A DNA stretch of 64,000 nucleotides, taken from contig CAZGAK010000003.1 of assembly GCA_964523565.1 (NCBI GenBank), forward strand, positions 11,700 to 75,699. The letters are read 5' to 3'. The stretch is from an uncultured Syntrophaceae bacterium (GTDB lineage Bacteria > Desulfobacterota > Syntrophia > Syntrophales > UBA6807). Numbering within the stretch: position 1 is the stretch's first letter; every line of letters begins with the position of its first letter. Both the position numbers and the translations under genes were made by a program. The notes under the pieces are model-generated. The model was not told where the DNA came from, made no database searches, and saw only the letters and a program-made list of their open reading frames with translations. This document shows, piece by piece, positions 36,230-46,334 of this stretch.

Positions 36230-37048
36230 TTAATAAGGCAACTCGATAATGACACCGACACCACCTTCGATAAAATTTTTTCCCCAGGCATCTCGAAATA
36301 GATCTCGAGCCTGTGCTCCGGTGCAGTGACTGGGTGCAACCTTTCGAACACCCAATTCCTGAAGACGGGAAACAATATGCTTAATCTCACCGGGAGACAT
36401 CGAGGAGAGGTGAAATCCGCCTATAATCATGTAAACATCGTCTTTATGTTGTTCTTTTGCCGCTTTTACAATATTGACAATGCCGGGATGAGCACAGCCC
36501 GTGATGATTGCCATACCCTTCGATGTCTTCACTATCAAGGTCTGTTCCTGAATCCCGAGTCCCATCTCTCCGGTTGTGTACACGTCTTTACACAGCTGTC
36601 TCGCTTTACTCACCTCCTCGATAGTCACACCCTTCCTCTTGGTAGCATGTTTAAAATGCGAGGGGAAAGATGCCGGTACATAAACCACCACATCATTTTT
36701 ATGTTTTAAAAACTCGGTCAGCCCCCCGGCGTGATCACTGTGAATATGCGATAGAACAACGACATCGATACTTTCGGGATCGACGTTCATGCGCTTCATG
36801 TTGTGGAGTAAAATGCTTCCATCTTCTCCGGTATCAAACAACAGGGTTTTTTCATTACCCTTGACGAGACAGGCAAACCCCCAATCGGTTATGCAATCGG
36901 TCCTCCCGGAGACATTGTTATAAAGAACAGTAATCGTGGTAGACTGAGCACCGGCTTCAACGAGTCCCGATGGCATTATAACGCATACCACAAGGACCAA
37001 TATAATAAAAAGCGCAGAGGTCCGGTCTTGCTTTTTGCCATTCCGCAT
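36230..37048 (-). CDS. secreted MBL-fold metallo-hydrolase
   Basis: Signal peptide plus the VLSHIHSDHAGG motif. Confidence 0.8.
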   Translation of the reverse strand: MRNGKKQDRTSALFIILVLVVCVIMPSGLVEAGAQSTTITVLYNNVSGRTDCITDWGFACLVKGNEKTLLFDTGEDGSILLHNMKRMNVDPESIDVVVLSHIHSDHAGGLTEFLKHKNDVVVYVPASFPSHFKHATKRKGVTIEEVSKARQLCKDVYTTGEMGLGIQEQTLIVKTSKGMAIITGCAHPGIVNIVKAAKEQHKDDVYMIIGGFHLSSMSPGEIKHIVSRLQELGVRKVAPSHCTGAQARDLFRDAWGKNFIEGGVGVIIELPY

Positions 37049-37146
37049 ACTGGAAACTATCCTGTTACCTCCCCGCCGATTCTCAGCTAATCACCCGATC
37101 AGCATGAAGATTGAAAGAAGGGGTTTTTTTTATTGAAAAGCTGAAA

Positions 37147-37629
37147 TTATTTGAATCTGTTGTCTGCTTTTGTCTTATAAACATTGTTCACATTCTCTGA
37201 GAGCCATCCGATTTTATCAACGTGCCGGTGATCAAATTGCGGAACATAGGGTTTTATGTCCAGCAGGGGCGTTCCGTCGACGATGTCGACATCTTCGATA
37301 TACAGAGTTGCTTCCTCGACTCTGGTGAGGCAAACAATAGAAAGCCCGATAGAATTCGGCCGTCGTGGTGCCCGCGTGGAAAAGATCCCCCGTGGCGTAT
37401 CATCCAGAAAGGGTTTAACTTGCAGTAAAGGACCATTTGAGAGGTGAAAATGATACAGTAATATGATATGTGAAAAACCCTCGATATCTTTCAGGCCGTC
37501 TTTGTATTGCGGTTTCACCTCAGCCGTTCCGGCAATACCGTAAGACGCTGTTGGTTGAATCGGTATCCCTTCCATGTCCTTGAAAGGGGAATGAATAATG
37601 CCGATGGGTTTGTATATTATTTCTTTCAT
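37147..37629 (-). CDS. trmO: tRNA (t6A37-N6)-methyltransferase TrmO (TsaA/YaeB family)
   Basis: KPIGIIHSPF...GIPIQP...RPNSIGLSIV are family signatures; 160 aa. Confidence 0.8.
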   Translation of the reverse strand: MKEIIYKPIGIIHSPFKDMEGIPIQPTASYGIAGTAEVKPQYKDGLKDIEGFSHIILLYHFHLSNGPLLQVKPFLDDTPRGIFSTRAPRRPNSIGLSIVCLTRVEEATLYIEDVDIVDGTPLLDIKPYVPQFDHRHVDKIGWLSENVNNVYKTKADNRFK

Positions 37630-37695
37630 TTGTACTACCTTGTCATCGTTTTTCAGGAAATGTTGTGAAATTCAGTATGAGAAATAGGGTTTGTT

Positions 37696-38469
37696 TTATT
37701 CTATATCTAATAATTTTGCTTCCAGTTCTCTCATCGCTGGTATATGCGGTGGGTTATACAAAAGATAATTCTGAACGGGATAACGTATTCCCGTTTTCTG
37801 TGTTGCTTCAAGTCCTTCTGTGAGATCATTTACATACTTTGCCGGCAGGGAAAGGCACATTTCAGTGTCTCCCGTCGCAGCCAGCATACGTTCCCCGCGG
37901 CCGGGATTGGTAAAAGCAGGTTCCTGATTCCAGTATGGCAAGGCGGCGTGGAGACAGGAAAGCCCAATATGAGATCGCGATGTGATCGGTTTTCCATGGT
38001 TGTAAAACAGACCAGCCGCTAAACGGAACATTTGTGCAGGCATACCATAGATCATAACGAGATCCGGGGGCATGGGAGCTTTGTTAAGCGGGAACATCAC
38101 AATACCCTTCACTTCTCCGGGAGTCCGGTATTCTACGTTTTCGGCCATTGATAAAGCCTGATCCTCTGTTTTCGTATACCCCATGCTCATGAAGAATCGA
38201 GACATATCCTTTATGTCCGGGATTCTTTTGAAACCAAATGCGGCCAGGCATGGTGTGCAGTTAATATCTTCTCCCATTGCGCCCACGACCCATCCCCATT
38301 TCCTTGCAATCGTGGTCCACTGGCATAACGACACCTTGATCTTGAACTTTGCGGGCCTCACAGCTTTTTCGGGAAATGGGTCGCCTTTTTTGATAATCTT
38401 GACACCTATCGGAAACGATTGAGGCATTATTGTCTTTAAAATCGTGTCATAGCATTTTTGATAATCCAT
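37696..38469 (-). CDS. DUF169 domain-containing protein
   Basis: 257 aa. The pattern FPIGVKIIKK...VSLCQW...CLAAFG fits my memory of DUF169 (COG2043). Confidence 0.55.
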   Translation of the reverse strand: MDYQKCYDTILKTIMPQSFPIGVKIIKKGDPFPEKAVRPAKFKIKVSLCQWTTIARKWGWVVGAMGEDINCTPCLAAFGFKRIPDIKDMSRFFMSMGYTKTEDQALSMAENVEYRTPGEVKGIVMFPLNKAPMPPDLVMIYGMPAQMFRLAAGLFYNHGKPITSRSHIGLSCLHAALPYWNQEPAFTNPGRGERMLAATGDTEMCLSLPAKYVNDLTEGLEATQKTGIRYPVQNYLLYNPPHIPAMRELEAKLLDIE

Positions 38470-38936
38470 CCTTTATCTCCTCTCTTTTTCTTTTATCTGT
38501 TAAATAGAGATCTTTTCCCCTTTTCAAAACTATTACAGCATACTCAATATTTGTCAACAGCTGACTTCACAAGTTAGAGTATTGCAAGGTGGGGTGAGTG
38601 GGGGGTGAATGGGGAGCAAATTCGGCGCAGCCCGTTAGGCGGTTTGGAAAAATATTGACTGATCAAATCAATATCTGTACCGTATGCCTGTACGTGAAAT
38701 TTGGTGGAGGATATATGTCAATTCAGACAACATATCAAAAATCCGGGTTGACATGTTAATATTATGGGGGGGTAAAGATCGCGTAATGCATGTGTCATGT
38801 ACAAAATTTATAATTTCTGGATAAGATTTAGATCAGGAAATGACGAAAAGGGGCTGATATCGGTGTTGAAGATATCAATGGCCTTTACCGGCAATGTAAC
38901 AGAGAAGGTAACAGAGTTAAAAAAGGAGGAAAACTC

Positions 38937-39776
38937 ATGGCGCTGAATATGGATGCGATTGGAAAGAAGATTGGCCCAATTACCAGGGAGTACACATGGA
39001 GAGATGTTATCCTCTATGCCCTTGCTGTTGGTTCCGGTTCTTCCGAGCTTGAATACTGTTATGAAAAAAACCTGAAGATCATACCAACTTTTTCACTGGC
39101 AACAACCTTCGATTTTTTCTGGCACATTGCAAAAGAGTCAAATATAAATGTGGCCGGTATTCTTCATGGAGAGCAGGAATTGATCTTTCATGCTGTCATC
39201 CCCTCTGAAGGAACACTGATTACCGAAGGGGCGATAACCCATTACTATGACAAGGGCAAGGACAAGGGTGCCCTTGTAATTGCAGAATGTGATACCTTCC
39301 ATTCAAATGGCGCAAAGCTGTTCACCAGCATCTGTAATATTTTCGCTCGTTTTGATGGCGGATTCGGAAGCGGGGAGGCACCTAAAAATGTTGTCACTTT
39401 TCCGGAGAGTGAACCCGATTTTGTCGTGGATGCACGACCTTCCTCTGACCAAAACCTTTTGTATCGGCTTACCGGTGATTTTTTCAAACTGCACGTAGAT
39501 CCAGAATTTGCCAGAAATTCCGGTTTTGAAAAGCCCATCATGCATGGGGCCTGTGTCATGGGATATGGCTGTCGTGCCCTGATTCAAAAACTTGTACCGG
39601 GAAAATCGGAGTATGTACGGCGACTTGCCTGCCGCTTTTCTCGCCCCCTGTATCCCGGCGTTCCGATAAAGACGCTGATCTGGAAGACGGAAACGGGAAA
39701 GGCCCTTTGGAGGGTGGTGAACGCCGAGAGCGGAGAAACAGTGCTTGATAATGGAATCATTGAATTTGTGGAATAG
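38937..39776 (+). CDS. MaoC-like (R)-specific enoyl-CoA hydratase, double hot-dog
   Basis: Non-catalytic N-terminal hot-dog plus a C-terminal MaoC motif (LHVDPEFARNSGFEKPIMHGACVMGY). Confidence 0.82.
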   Translation: MALNMDAIGKKIGPITREYTWRDVILYALAVGSGSSELEYCYEKNLKIIPTFSLATTFDFFWHIAKESNINVAGILHGEQELIFHAVIPSEGTLITEGAITHYYDKGKDKGALVIAECDTFHSNGAKLFTSICNIFARFDGGFGSGEAPKNVVTFPESEPDFVVDARPSSDQNLLYRLTGDFFKLHVDPEFARNSGFEKPIMHGACVMGYGCRALIQKLVPGKSEYVRRLACRFSRPLYPGVPIKTLIWKTETGKALWRVVNAESGETVLDNGIIEFVE

Positions 39777-39781
39777 ACATG

Positions 39782-39852
39782 CACCCCAACCCCATCCCAT
39801 CAAGGGAGAGGGGCATTTTTGACTTTTTACGAAAACGTCTATTTTGAATTGA
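39782..39852. repeat. GEG core plus GACTTTTTACGAA arm (composite palindromic repeat, partial)
   Basis: caccccaaccccatcccatcaagggagaggggcatttttgactttttacgaaaacgtctattttgaa. Confidence 0.7.
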
Positions 39853-39924
39853 AGATCTGAAAGATACATTTGAATGGCGGTTAAGGTCGGTCTTCCAGTT
39901 TCCTGATCAAGGAGGAAAGCTTTT

Positions 39925-40620
39925 ATGAAACCCCCGAGGGTTAGCAGACGTCTGAAGCATTACCTCAAAGAAAACGTTTTCGAATCCACCCACGATTTGG
40001 TACCCCGCCTGTATGACTTCGCCCTTGTTTTAATCCAGAGCAATACAAATGGGAAAGGATTGATAATAAATTTTGGTTGTGGACCGTTTCCTGTCGAGTT
40101 GAATGCCCGTCTAATTCATTCAAATGAAGGATTTTCAACGAGGTTTTTGAATATTGACATTTCCAGGAAAGCTTGTACCCGTCACAAGAAGGCCATGGAT
40201 GAAATGGTCGAAAAACACAAGAATCAGTTTTTAAATGATCTCTATTTGAACGTGGATATTGAACGAGTTAAGGTTCAGGCGATTAGAAAAGCACTGAACG
40301 GAACAGAACCGCAAGGTGGTCTGGCTGTTTCTTTCCTGGAGTATTATTCTCCAAAGCGTGCGGTTAGGTTCATCACAAAAATGTTGAAGCACTGTGATTC
40401 TCTTGTTTGCAGTGTTCGAATAGATCCTGAATTCGAAAAGGTTTTCGATACGGAAAACCGTCTGAATCTGTATTTCTTCAAAGATTTGAGTGAACTTAAA
40501 ACCAATCTGGTTCACGAAGATTGGGAGATCAAAAAAATAATCGGTGTGCCTCGTTTTAATGATGGCGAGCGTGGTATTTTCCTGATATTGATCAAGCGCA
40601 ATCAGGGCTTTTCAAAATAA
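39925..40620 (+). CDS. hypothetical protein, possibly a class I SAM-methyltransferase-like fold
   Basis: LIINFGCGPFP resembles SAM motif I. The coding sequence looks AT-rich by eye. Weak call. Confidence 0.45.
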   Translation: MKPPRVSRRLKHYLKENVFESTHDLVPRLYDFALVLIQSNTNGKGLIINFGCGPFPVELNARLIHSNEGFSTRFLNIDISRKACTRHKKAMDEMVEKHKNQFLNDLYLNVDIERVKVQAIRKALNGTEPQGGLAVSFLEYYSPKRAVRFITKMLKHCDSLVCSVRIDPEFEKVFDTENRLNLYFFKDLSELKTNLVHEDWEIKKIIGVPRFNDGERGIFLILIKRNQGFSK

Positions 40621-40816
40621 AGCGATGAGGCGATGCGTGGGATCGTCGATGCATGGTGACAGGTCAGCATTCCTGACAGGCTTCCATTTGTTTATTCTAT
40701 CTTTGAACTTCCATGGTGATTGAAAGGTCTTGATATTTGATTATTTATCTTTGAAAATTGACAAAGGATTGTGTAACCTTTTATTAGAAGATATTTACAG
40801 GGAGGCGTGTGATTAA

Positions 40817-41122
40817 ATGTTTACTGCTACTGATGCAATCAGTAATGAAGATTTGAAGATTGAGGATGTTCCGCTACCGGATGCAGAATGGGAGGATATT
40901 CAGCAATTCGCTCTCACATTCAATGCATATAAGTACTGGGGTTCAAAAGAGAAATATACTGATATAGCCAATAATCGTCGACATGATACCCTTGCTGAGC
41001 TAAGGACATGTCTTGATTTCGAACAGCGCCGTTGGTGGCGTTTTGATGAACAGATAGACGAAGTTTCCATGGTTTACATGCGCGAATTAATCGAGAAGAT
41101 TCGTCAGGAATTGGTAAAATGA
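40817..41122 (+). CDS. hypothetical protein (101 aa)
   Basis: GGAGG precedes the ATG. Acidic, Trp-rich (EWEDIQQFALTFNAYKYWG...FEQRRWWRF). No family recognised. Confidence 0.5.
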   Translation: MFTATDAISNEDLKIEDVPLPDAEWEDIQQFALTFNAYKYWGSKEKYTDIANNRRHDTLAELRTCLDFEQRRWWRFDEQIDEVSMVYMRELIEKIRQELVK

Positions 41123-41130
41123 GGTGCAGC

Positions 41131-42162
41131 CTATAAGACCTCAGCCAGGGCTGCCAGTGTTGTGTCGATATCCTCAGAAGTAATGCCGTAGTGAGTAACC
41201 ACGCGAAAACAGGTTTGCGCTCTGTGCATCACTTTGATTCCTTTTTGTTCAAGCCGGAGCAAGAACTCGTCCACGGTCAGTCGGCTGCTTTCGAGATTGA
41301 AGTAAACGATGTTTGTCTTTACTCGATCGATATCAATGGATAATCCGTTAATCCGGGCAATGCCACTGGCCAGTCGATATGCATTTCTGTGATCTTCTTC
41401 AATGCGATCCACCATCTGTTCAAGAGCTACAATGCCCGCTGCAGAAATGATCCCGCACTGGCGCATACCACCCCCTAATATCTTGCGCATCCGTCGTGCT
41501 TCTGAGATAAACTCGCCGGAGCCACAGATTATTGAACCTACCGGTGTTGAAAGTCCCTTGGAAAGACAAAAGGTCAGAGAATCAACGTTACAGGTTAAAT
41601 CCTTTACATCAACCCCGAGGGCAACAGCTGCATTGAATATCCGGGCGCCGTCCATGTGAACCATGAGACCGTAACTTTTGGCCAGTCTTGACACTGAATC
41701 GGTGTACTCCGGTGTGAGGGGAGATCCGTTGCAGGTGTTATGGGTGTTTTCAAGGCAGATCAAACGGGTACGTGGAAAATGTATATTGTCAGCACGGATG
41801 GCTGCTTCTATATCCTCCACAGGCATTGTACCGTCAGGCTGATTTGTAACGGTGTGCGGATGTATTCCGCCCAGGGCTGACATGCCACCTGCTTCATAAA
41901 CAAAGGTATGTGAAAGATTGCCCAGGATTACTTCATCACCTCGACTGCAGTGAGTGAGCAGACACACCAGGTTGCCCATCGTGCCGCTGGGAACTAACAG
42001 GGCCGCTTCTTTTCCCATGCGATCGGCAGCCATTTGCTCAAGGCGGTTTGTCGTTGGGTCCTCGCCATATACGTCATCTCCCAGATCGGCGCTATATATG
42101 GCTTCTCGCATCGCTGGTGATGGCAGAGTTACGGTGTCACTGCGCAAATCAATAATTTTCAT
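41131..42162 (-). CDS. ltaE: low-specificity L-threonine aldolase
   Basis: IDLRSDTVTLPSPAMREA N terminus and a PLP-lysine region (FCLSKGL). Confidence 0.88.
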   Translation of the reverse strand: MKIIDLRSDTVTLPSPAMREAIYSADLGDDVYGEDPTTNRLEQMAADRMGKEAALLVPSGTMGNLVCLLTHCSRGDEVILGNLSHTFVYEAGGMSALGGIHPHTVTNQPDGTMPVEDIEAAIRADNIHFPRTRLICLENTHNTCNGSPLTPEYTDSVSRLAKSYGLMVHMDGARIFNAAVALGVDVKDLTCNVDSLTFCLSKGLSTPVGSIICGSGEFISEARRMRKILGGGMRQCGIISAAGIVALEQMVDRIEEDHRNAYRLASGIARINGLSIDIDRVKTNIVYFNLESSRLTVDEFLLRLEQKGIKVMHRAQTCFRVVTHYGITSEDIDTTLAALAEVL

Positions 42163-42177
42163 TGGCTTCCTTACAAC

Positions 42178-42675
42178 TCAATCGATCTTCTTGAACATGC
42201 TTCCCTTTGTATTACAGACAGGACAACTTCCAGGGGGCTCTTTCTCAGCCGTGTATCCGCAGACCGGGCAGATAAAATAGGGAAATTCTTCCTGTATTGA
42301 TTCGAGGTTATCAAACATATCCTGATATAGCCGGGCATGGATCTTCTCCACCTCGAAGGCATATTGAAAGGATCGTTCTGCCTCTTTGTTTCCTTCCGAT
42401 TTTGCCGACTCGATCATTCCCGGATACATACTTTCAAATTCATATGTTTCACCGGAAATAGCCTCAACAAGATTCTCCTTCGTACTATGTATGCCGTTCA
42501 GTGCCCTCAAATGATTATGGGCATGTACTGTTTCGGCTTCTGCTGCTGCCCTGAAGAGTCGTGCAGCCTGGGTATAACCTTCTTTCTTTGCCTTTTCGGA
42601 AAATGCTAAATATTTTCGGTTGGCCTGTGATTCCCCGGCAAATGCTTCTTTCAAAAAATCTTCTGTTTTTGACAT
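42178..42675 (-). CDS. rbr: rubrerythrin
   Basis: Ferritin-like diiron ExxH motifs plus a C-terminal rubredoxin CPVCG...CPVC. Confidence 0.92.
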   Translation of the reverse strand: MSKTEDFLKEAFAGESQANRKYLAFSEKAKKEGYTQAARLFRAAAEAETVHAHNHLRALNGIHSTKENLVEAISGETYEFESMYPGMIESAKSEGNKEAERSFQYAFEVEKIHARLYQDMFDNLESIQEEFPYFICPVCGYTAEKEPPGSCPVCNTKGSMFKKID

Positions 42676-42708
42676 GATCTACCTCCTTTTTTTCTTTAAC
42701 CTACAAAT

Positions 42709-42758
42709 TTGATGAACTCGCAAAAAGTCAGATTTTCCCTCCCCTGGCGAGAGGGGAT
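42709..42758. repeat. composite GEG/TTTACGAA repeat, reverse orientation
   Basis: ttgatgaactcgcaaaaagtcagattttccctcccctggcgagaggggat. Confidence 0.65.
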
Positions 42759-42789
42759 ATCTGTACTATAAGTATTTCTGTTTATCTTT

Positions 42790-43623
42790 TCAAGATGAAG
42801 ATCTGATATCAGAGATAAAATCTTTCATTTTCTGGAGCAGTGGTTTTTTGAAGCGAACTTTCAGGTAAAGGTCGCCCGGCGTTCCCCCACCTTTTCCGTC
42901 TTCACCCATTTCTGAGAGCCTGATTTTCTGCCCGTCTCTCACTCCCGGGGGGATTTTGACGACAAGTTTCTTTGACTTTTCCCTCAGATAGTATGGATAC
43001 GATCCTCCCTGTCTGGCCTGTTCCGGGTTCAGGCGAATAACGTCGTTGATGTTTCTTCCGTCTTCAGGTAATTCAATACCACTAATCTTTTTAAGAATAT
43101 ATCGGGGTAATTTGCCCAGTTTTTCCAAACCGGGAAATTGCGTTGTATTGTGACTGTTACGTCCGGAAGGGAAGGTAAAAACAAACCCTCTGCCTGTAAG
43201 GCCATCTTTATTAAATTCAAAATTCTGGTGTCCCTGGCCGTAAAATTCTTTAAATATTTCGTCAAAACCCCGTAATCCGAATGACCTGGCCATTTCTTCA
43301 AAAATACGATTGATGTCTGAACCACTGAAAATATCCTGTTCAGAATATGTTTGCCTGAACTGACTGTAGGCAGATGATCCGAATCGCTGCCTCATCAAAT
43401 CATATTCCTGTCTTTTCTGAGGGTCTGAAAGGACGGCATACGCTTCATTAACGGCCTTCATTTTTTCGCCGGATTCCGGGTCTCCATGGTTTCGATCAGG
43501 ATGGTACTGTAAAGCCAGTTTCCGATACGCGTCCTTGATTTGTTTCGAGGTTGCGTCCTGTTCTACGCCTAAAATCTGGTAGTACTCTTGTTGTTCCAAT
43601 CTGGTTTGTCTTCCTTTTTTCAA
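42790..43623 (-). CDS. J-domain protein (DnaJ/CbpA-like, no zinc-finger domain)
   Basis: YYQILGV...[13 protein letters not shown] includes the HPD motif. C-terminal DnaJ_C-like region (GDLYLKVRF). Confidence 0.85.
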   Translation of the reverse strand: MKKGRQTRLEQQEYYQILGVEQDATSKQIKDAYRKLALQYHPDRNHGDPESGEKMKAVNEAYAVLSDPQKRQEYDLMRQRFGSSAYSQFRQTYSEQDIFSGSDINRIFEEMARSFGLRGFDEIFKEFYGQGHQNFEFNKDGLTGRGFVFTFPSGRNSHNTTQFPGLEKLGKLPRYILKKISGIELPEDGRNINDVIRLNPEQARQGGSYPYYLREKSKKLVVKIPPGVRDGQKIRLSEMGEDGKGGGTPGDLYLKVRFKKPLLQKMKDFISDIRSSS

Positions 43624-43705
43624 TACGGGACTAATATAATCATTATATGCCGAACATCAAGGAAAATAATTCGCGGAGCATCGCCACGCAATCGTTGAAG
43701 AGATT

Positions 43706-43766
43706 GAGACCTTTGCAAAACGCCCCCTTTCGCCCAATTTCGGCGTCAGGCTCAAACTTTAATCCT
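43706..43766 (-). mobile_element. MITE-A half copy
   Basis: gagacctttgcaaaacgccccctttcgcccaatttcggcgtcaggctcaaactttaatcc aligns to 51499-51560. Confidence 0.75.
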
Positions 43767-43864
43767 TTTTCCTCCTTCCTTATTACAAGGGATCCACCCT
43801 ATAAGGATCGACAGTGACAGGATTCGGATAATATTTTAACTTACATGCATATACATATATACAC

Positions 43865-43893
43865 TTGACATAGGTAATATATCCTCATATACT
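43865..43893 (+). promoter_or_regulatory. sigma70-type promoter candidate for phd-vapC
   Basis: TTGACA (43865-43870), a 17-nt spacer, then TATACT (43888-43893). AAGGAGG RBS precedes the ATG at 43930. Confidence 0.5.
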
Positions 43894-43929
43894 GGTTGTA
43901 ATAAACCAGAATAAAAGGAGGATTTTCTC

Positions 43930-44202
43930 ATGAAGACGGTAAATGCGCTTAAGATTAGAAACAACCTGGGAGAGGTTTTGGATATGCTTACGAGAACTTC
44001 CGAACCTATTTTTGTAAGCAAGGGGAGGGAAATCAAAGCCGTGCTCATTACCCCGGAACAATTCAAAAAAAGGTTTTTGGACTATCAGGCGGAGGAACGG
44101 AGAAACCAACTGCTTGAAATCATCGAAGGCATGAAGGCCGACAGTCTTGAGGCAAAAGACAGCGTTCAGGTGCTTCGGGAATTGCGGGGTTATGGAAAAT
44201 GA
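43930..44202 (+). CDS. type II antitoxin, Phd/YefM family
   Basis: MKTVNALKIRNNLGEVLD is a Phd/YefM-type N terminus; 90 aa. The stop overlaps the toxin ATG (ATGA). Confidence 0.8.
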   Translation: MKTVNALKIRNNLGEVLDMLTRTSEPIFVSKGREIKAVLITPEQFKKRFLDYQAEERRNQLLEIIEGMKADSLEAKDSVQVLRELRGYGK

Positions 44203-44627
44203 TCTGGATTGTCGATGCTTCCGTAGCTGTTCGCTGGTTTCTGGAGAATGAAAGTCACCCTCATGCCGATGCCGTTCTTCGGAACCTGATTGATAATCCT
44301 GAATATTTTGCCGTTCCGGAATTATTTTGTTTTGAGGTATATGCGGTATTGTGCCGCGTTCATCCGAAGGGCCACGACGTTTTCCTCAAGGCGATGCTTC
44401 CAATTATAAATGGAGGCATTTTCAGGCAGCCCATGACTGAAAACCTGGCCATTCATGCGACCCGTTTTGTAAAAAAAGGGTTGACGGGATACGATGCCTG
44501 TTATGCTTCTCTGGCGAGGGAAATGAAGGGGACATGGCTTACCTTTGACGAAAAGGCACATAAATGTCTGACTAAGGAGCGAATTTCACATCTTCTGACG
44601 AAGGGTATGCCGAAAAACTGGTCATAA
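44199..44627 (+). CDS. vapC: type II toxin, PIN-domain ribonuclease VapC
   Basis: IVDASVAVRWF carries the first PIN acidic residue; later E/D positions are present; 142 aa. Confidence 0.85.
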   Translation: MIWIVDASVAVRWFLENESHPHADAVLRNLIDNPEYFAVPELFCFEVYAVLCRVHPKGHDVFLKAMLPIINGGIFRQPMTENLAIHATRFVKKGLTGYDACYASLAREMKGTWLTFDEKAHKCLTKERISHLLTKGMPKNWS

Positions 44628-44741
44628 ACGGCAATGTTGCAATGGTTGAGCAAATCGGAACAGACCTGACATACGAAGGGGAAAATCAGGGGTATCTTCC
44701 GGCAAAGAAAATGATTGCCCTGCCTGGGGGATTTGAAAAGA

Positions 44742-46094
44742 TTAATTCCTGCTGGCGATCAGCTTTTTCGCTTCAAGTTCGGCGAAACCGCGATCGAGAT
44801 CTGTTTTGGCGGTCATAAAGCGTTGCAGTTCCTCTCCCGCGAGTACTCGACCGGGAGGACATTTCACGCTGGCCGGGTTTATCTTTTGTCCTCGATGATG
44901 CACTTCGTAGTGAAGGTGTGGCCCTGTTGCAAGACCGGTGCAGCCCACGTAGCCGATGATCTCACCCTGCTTGATTCGTTTGCCTGTGCGTATACCCCGT
45001 GCAAAGCTGTTCAGGTGAGCATAGGCTGTGGCATATTGATTAGCATGACGGATGCGGATGTACTTGCCATAATCTCCTTTGCGTCCGGTACAGGCCACCA
45101 CGCCGCTGCCCGATGCTATAATGGGGGTGCCGGTAGGGGCGGCAAAATCTACGCCGAGATGCACTCTGCTGAAACCGAGTATGGGATGTTTGCGCTTTCC
45201 GTAACCGGAAGTCAATCGCGCACCGTTAATGGGTGTCCTGAGCAATGTTTTTCGTACCGTCTGACCTTTTTCATTATAGTAATCGATCTTGCCTTCTATG
45301 GATGTATGCCGGTAGATACGCAAAGTTGTGTTCCCCAGGGTGAGGGCGGCATGAAGTACCGGACCCTCTCGGACGACCTTTCCGTTTTTGTTCAGGTGAC
45401 GCTCGAACAAAACCTCAAAGCTGTCTCCGGTTCGGATGTCACGCTGAAAATCCACGTCAAAAGAAAAGTGGTAAATGAATTGCATTAATACAGGAATGGG
45501 CAGCCCCTCCTGGATAGCCGATTCATAAAGGCTGGAACGGATAACACCGGATGAGCAAGATCGCCTGGTTTCAAGTTCTATCTTCACTTGATCAACGACA
45601 AAATCGCCATCGTTATTGCGTTTGGCCATGATGTCGAGATCGGAATCTGCCCTTATGCTGAAACCATGAAACAGAGAGCTCTCCTCATCTCCCGGAGGAT
45701 AATTGTAGAATACAGTGACTTCCTGGCCTGGCCTTAAGTCACGGGGATCGTAAACTTTACGGAGGGCGGAAATTGCCGCGTGAGCCTCACCGCGATCTAT
45801 TCCCTCCCGCTTGAGCATGTTCAATAATGTGTCTCCCCTTGTTACCGCAAGGGAGTGCTCCACTGTGGCAAATTCGGGGATTTGATCGGTGTCTGTAATT
45901 TCCGGGGTCTGACCGGTATCTTCAGCGATCTGACTTGTGTCAGCTCGATCGGTTAGAAGTAACAGCGTTTTGTGGGCAACGACTCCCATGAAGGAAAAAG
46001 CAAAAAACCCCAGAACCAGAGTAACAGTTGTAAACCAGAGTAAACGCTTTTTCACAAAACCGCGATTATTCGAACTGAAAAAGTCCTTCCTCAC
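44742..46094 (-). CDS. M23 family metallopeptidase with an N-terminal membrane anchor
   Basis: HLGVDFAAPTGTPI and GPHLHYEV (HxxxD / HxH) motifs. Confidence 0.88.
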   Translation of the reverse strand: MRKDFFSSNNRGFVKKRLLWFTTVTLVLGFFAFSFMGVVAHKTLLLLTDRADTSQIAEDTGQTPEITDTDQIPEFATVEHSLAVTRGDTLLNMLKREGIDRGEAHAAISALRKVYDPRDLRPGQEVTVFYNYPPGDEESSLFHGFSIRADSDLDIMAKRNNDGDFVVDQVKIELETRRSCSSGVIRSSLYESAIQEGLPIPVLMQFIYHFSFDVDFQRDIRTGDSFEVLFERHLNKNGKVVREGPVLHAALTLGNTTLRIYRHTSIEGKIDYYNEKGQTVRKTLLRTPINGARLTSGYGKRKHPILGFSRVHLGVDFAAPTGTPIIASGSGVVACTGRKGDYGKYIRIRHANQYATAYAHLNSFARGIRTGKRIKQGEIIGYVGCTGLATGPHLHYEVHHRGQKINPASVKCPPGRVLAGEELQRFMTAKTDLDRGFAELEAKKLIASRN

Positions 46095-46226
46095 AAGTTT
46101 CCACCATATTCATGAAAAGATTTTGTGTCATATATCATTAAGTTTCGTCGAAAACAAGATTATCTTTAATTATATCGCATATTTTTACTTTTCCCGTGAG
46201 AAAAATGATGAAGAATCCCTGATTCT

Positions 46227-46298
46227 AAGGAGCAAGGTAAAAGAAGGAGCAAGGTAAAAGGTAAAAGGTGGGTGGCATGGATCCGCCTCAGGCGGATT
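46227..46298. repeat. CAAGG-type array ending in GTGGCATGGATCC plus a CCGCCTCAGGCGG palindrome
   Basis: aaggagcaaggtaaaagaaggagcaaggtaaaaggtaaaaggtgggtggcatggatccgcctcaggcgg. Confidence 0.75.
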
Positions 46299-46334
46299 AC
46301 TTTGCCATCGAATCAGGTGTATCGTAAAATACAG

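Noticed and set aside
38470-38936. 466-bp divergent intergenic region between the DUF169 and MaoC genes, examined for a riboswitch or ncRNA
   Set aside because: I found only a weak ATTGA-N9-TCAAT inverted repeat and G-rich patches, with no recognisable riboswitch core or strong stem-loops.
44715-45488. 257-aa plus-strand ORF opposite the M23 peptidase gene
   Set aside because: The minus strand has the HxxxD/HxH M23 motifs. The plus-strand product is low-complexity and Cys-rich.
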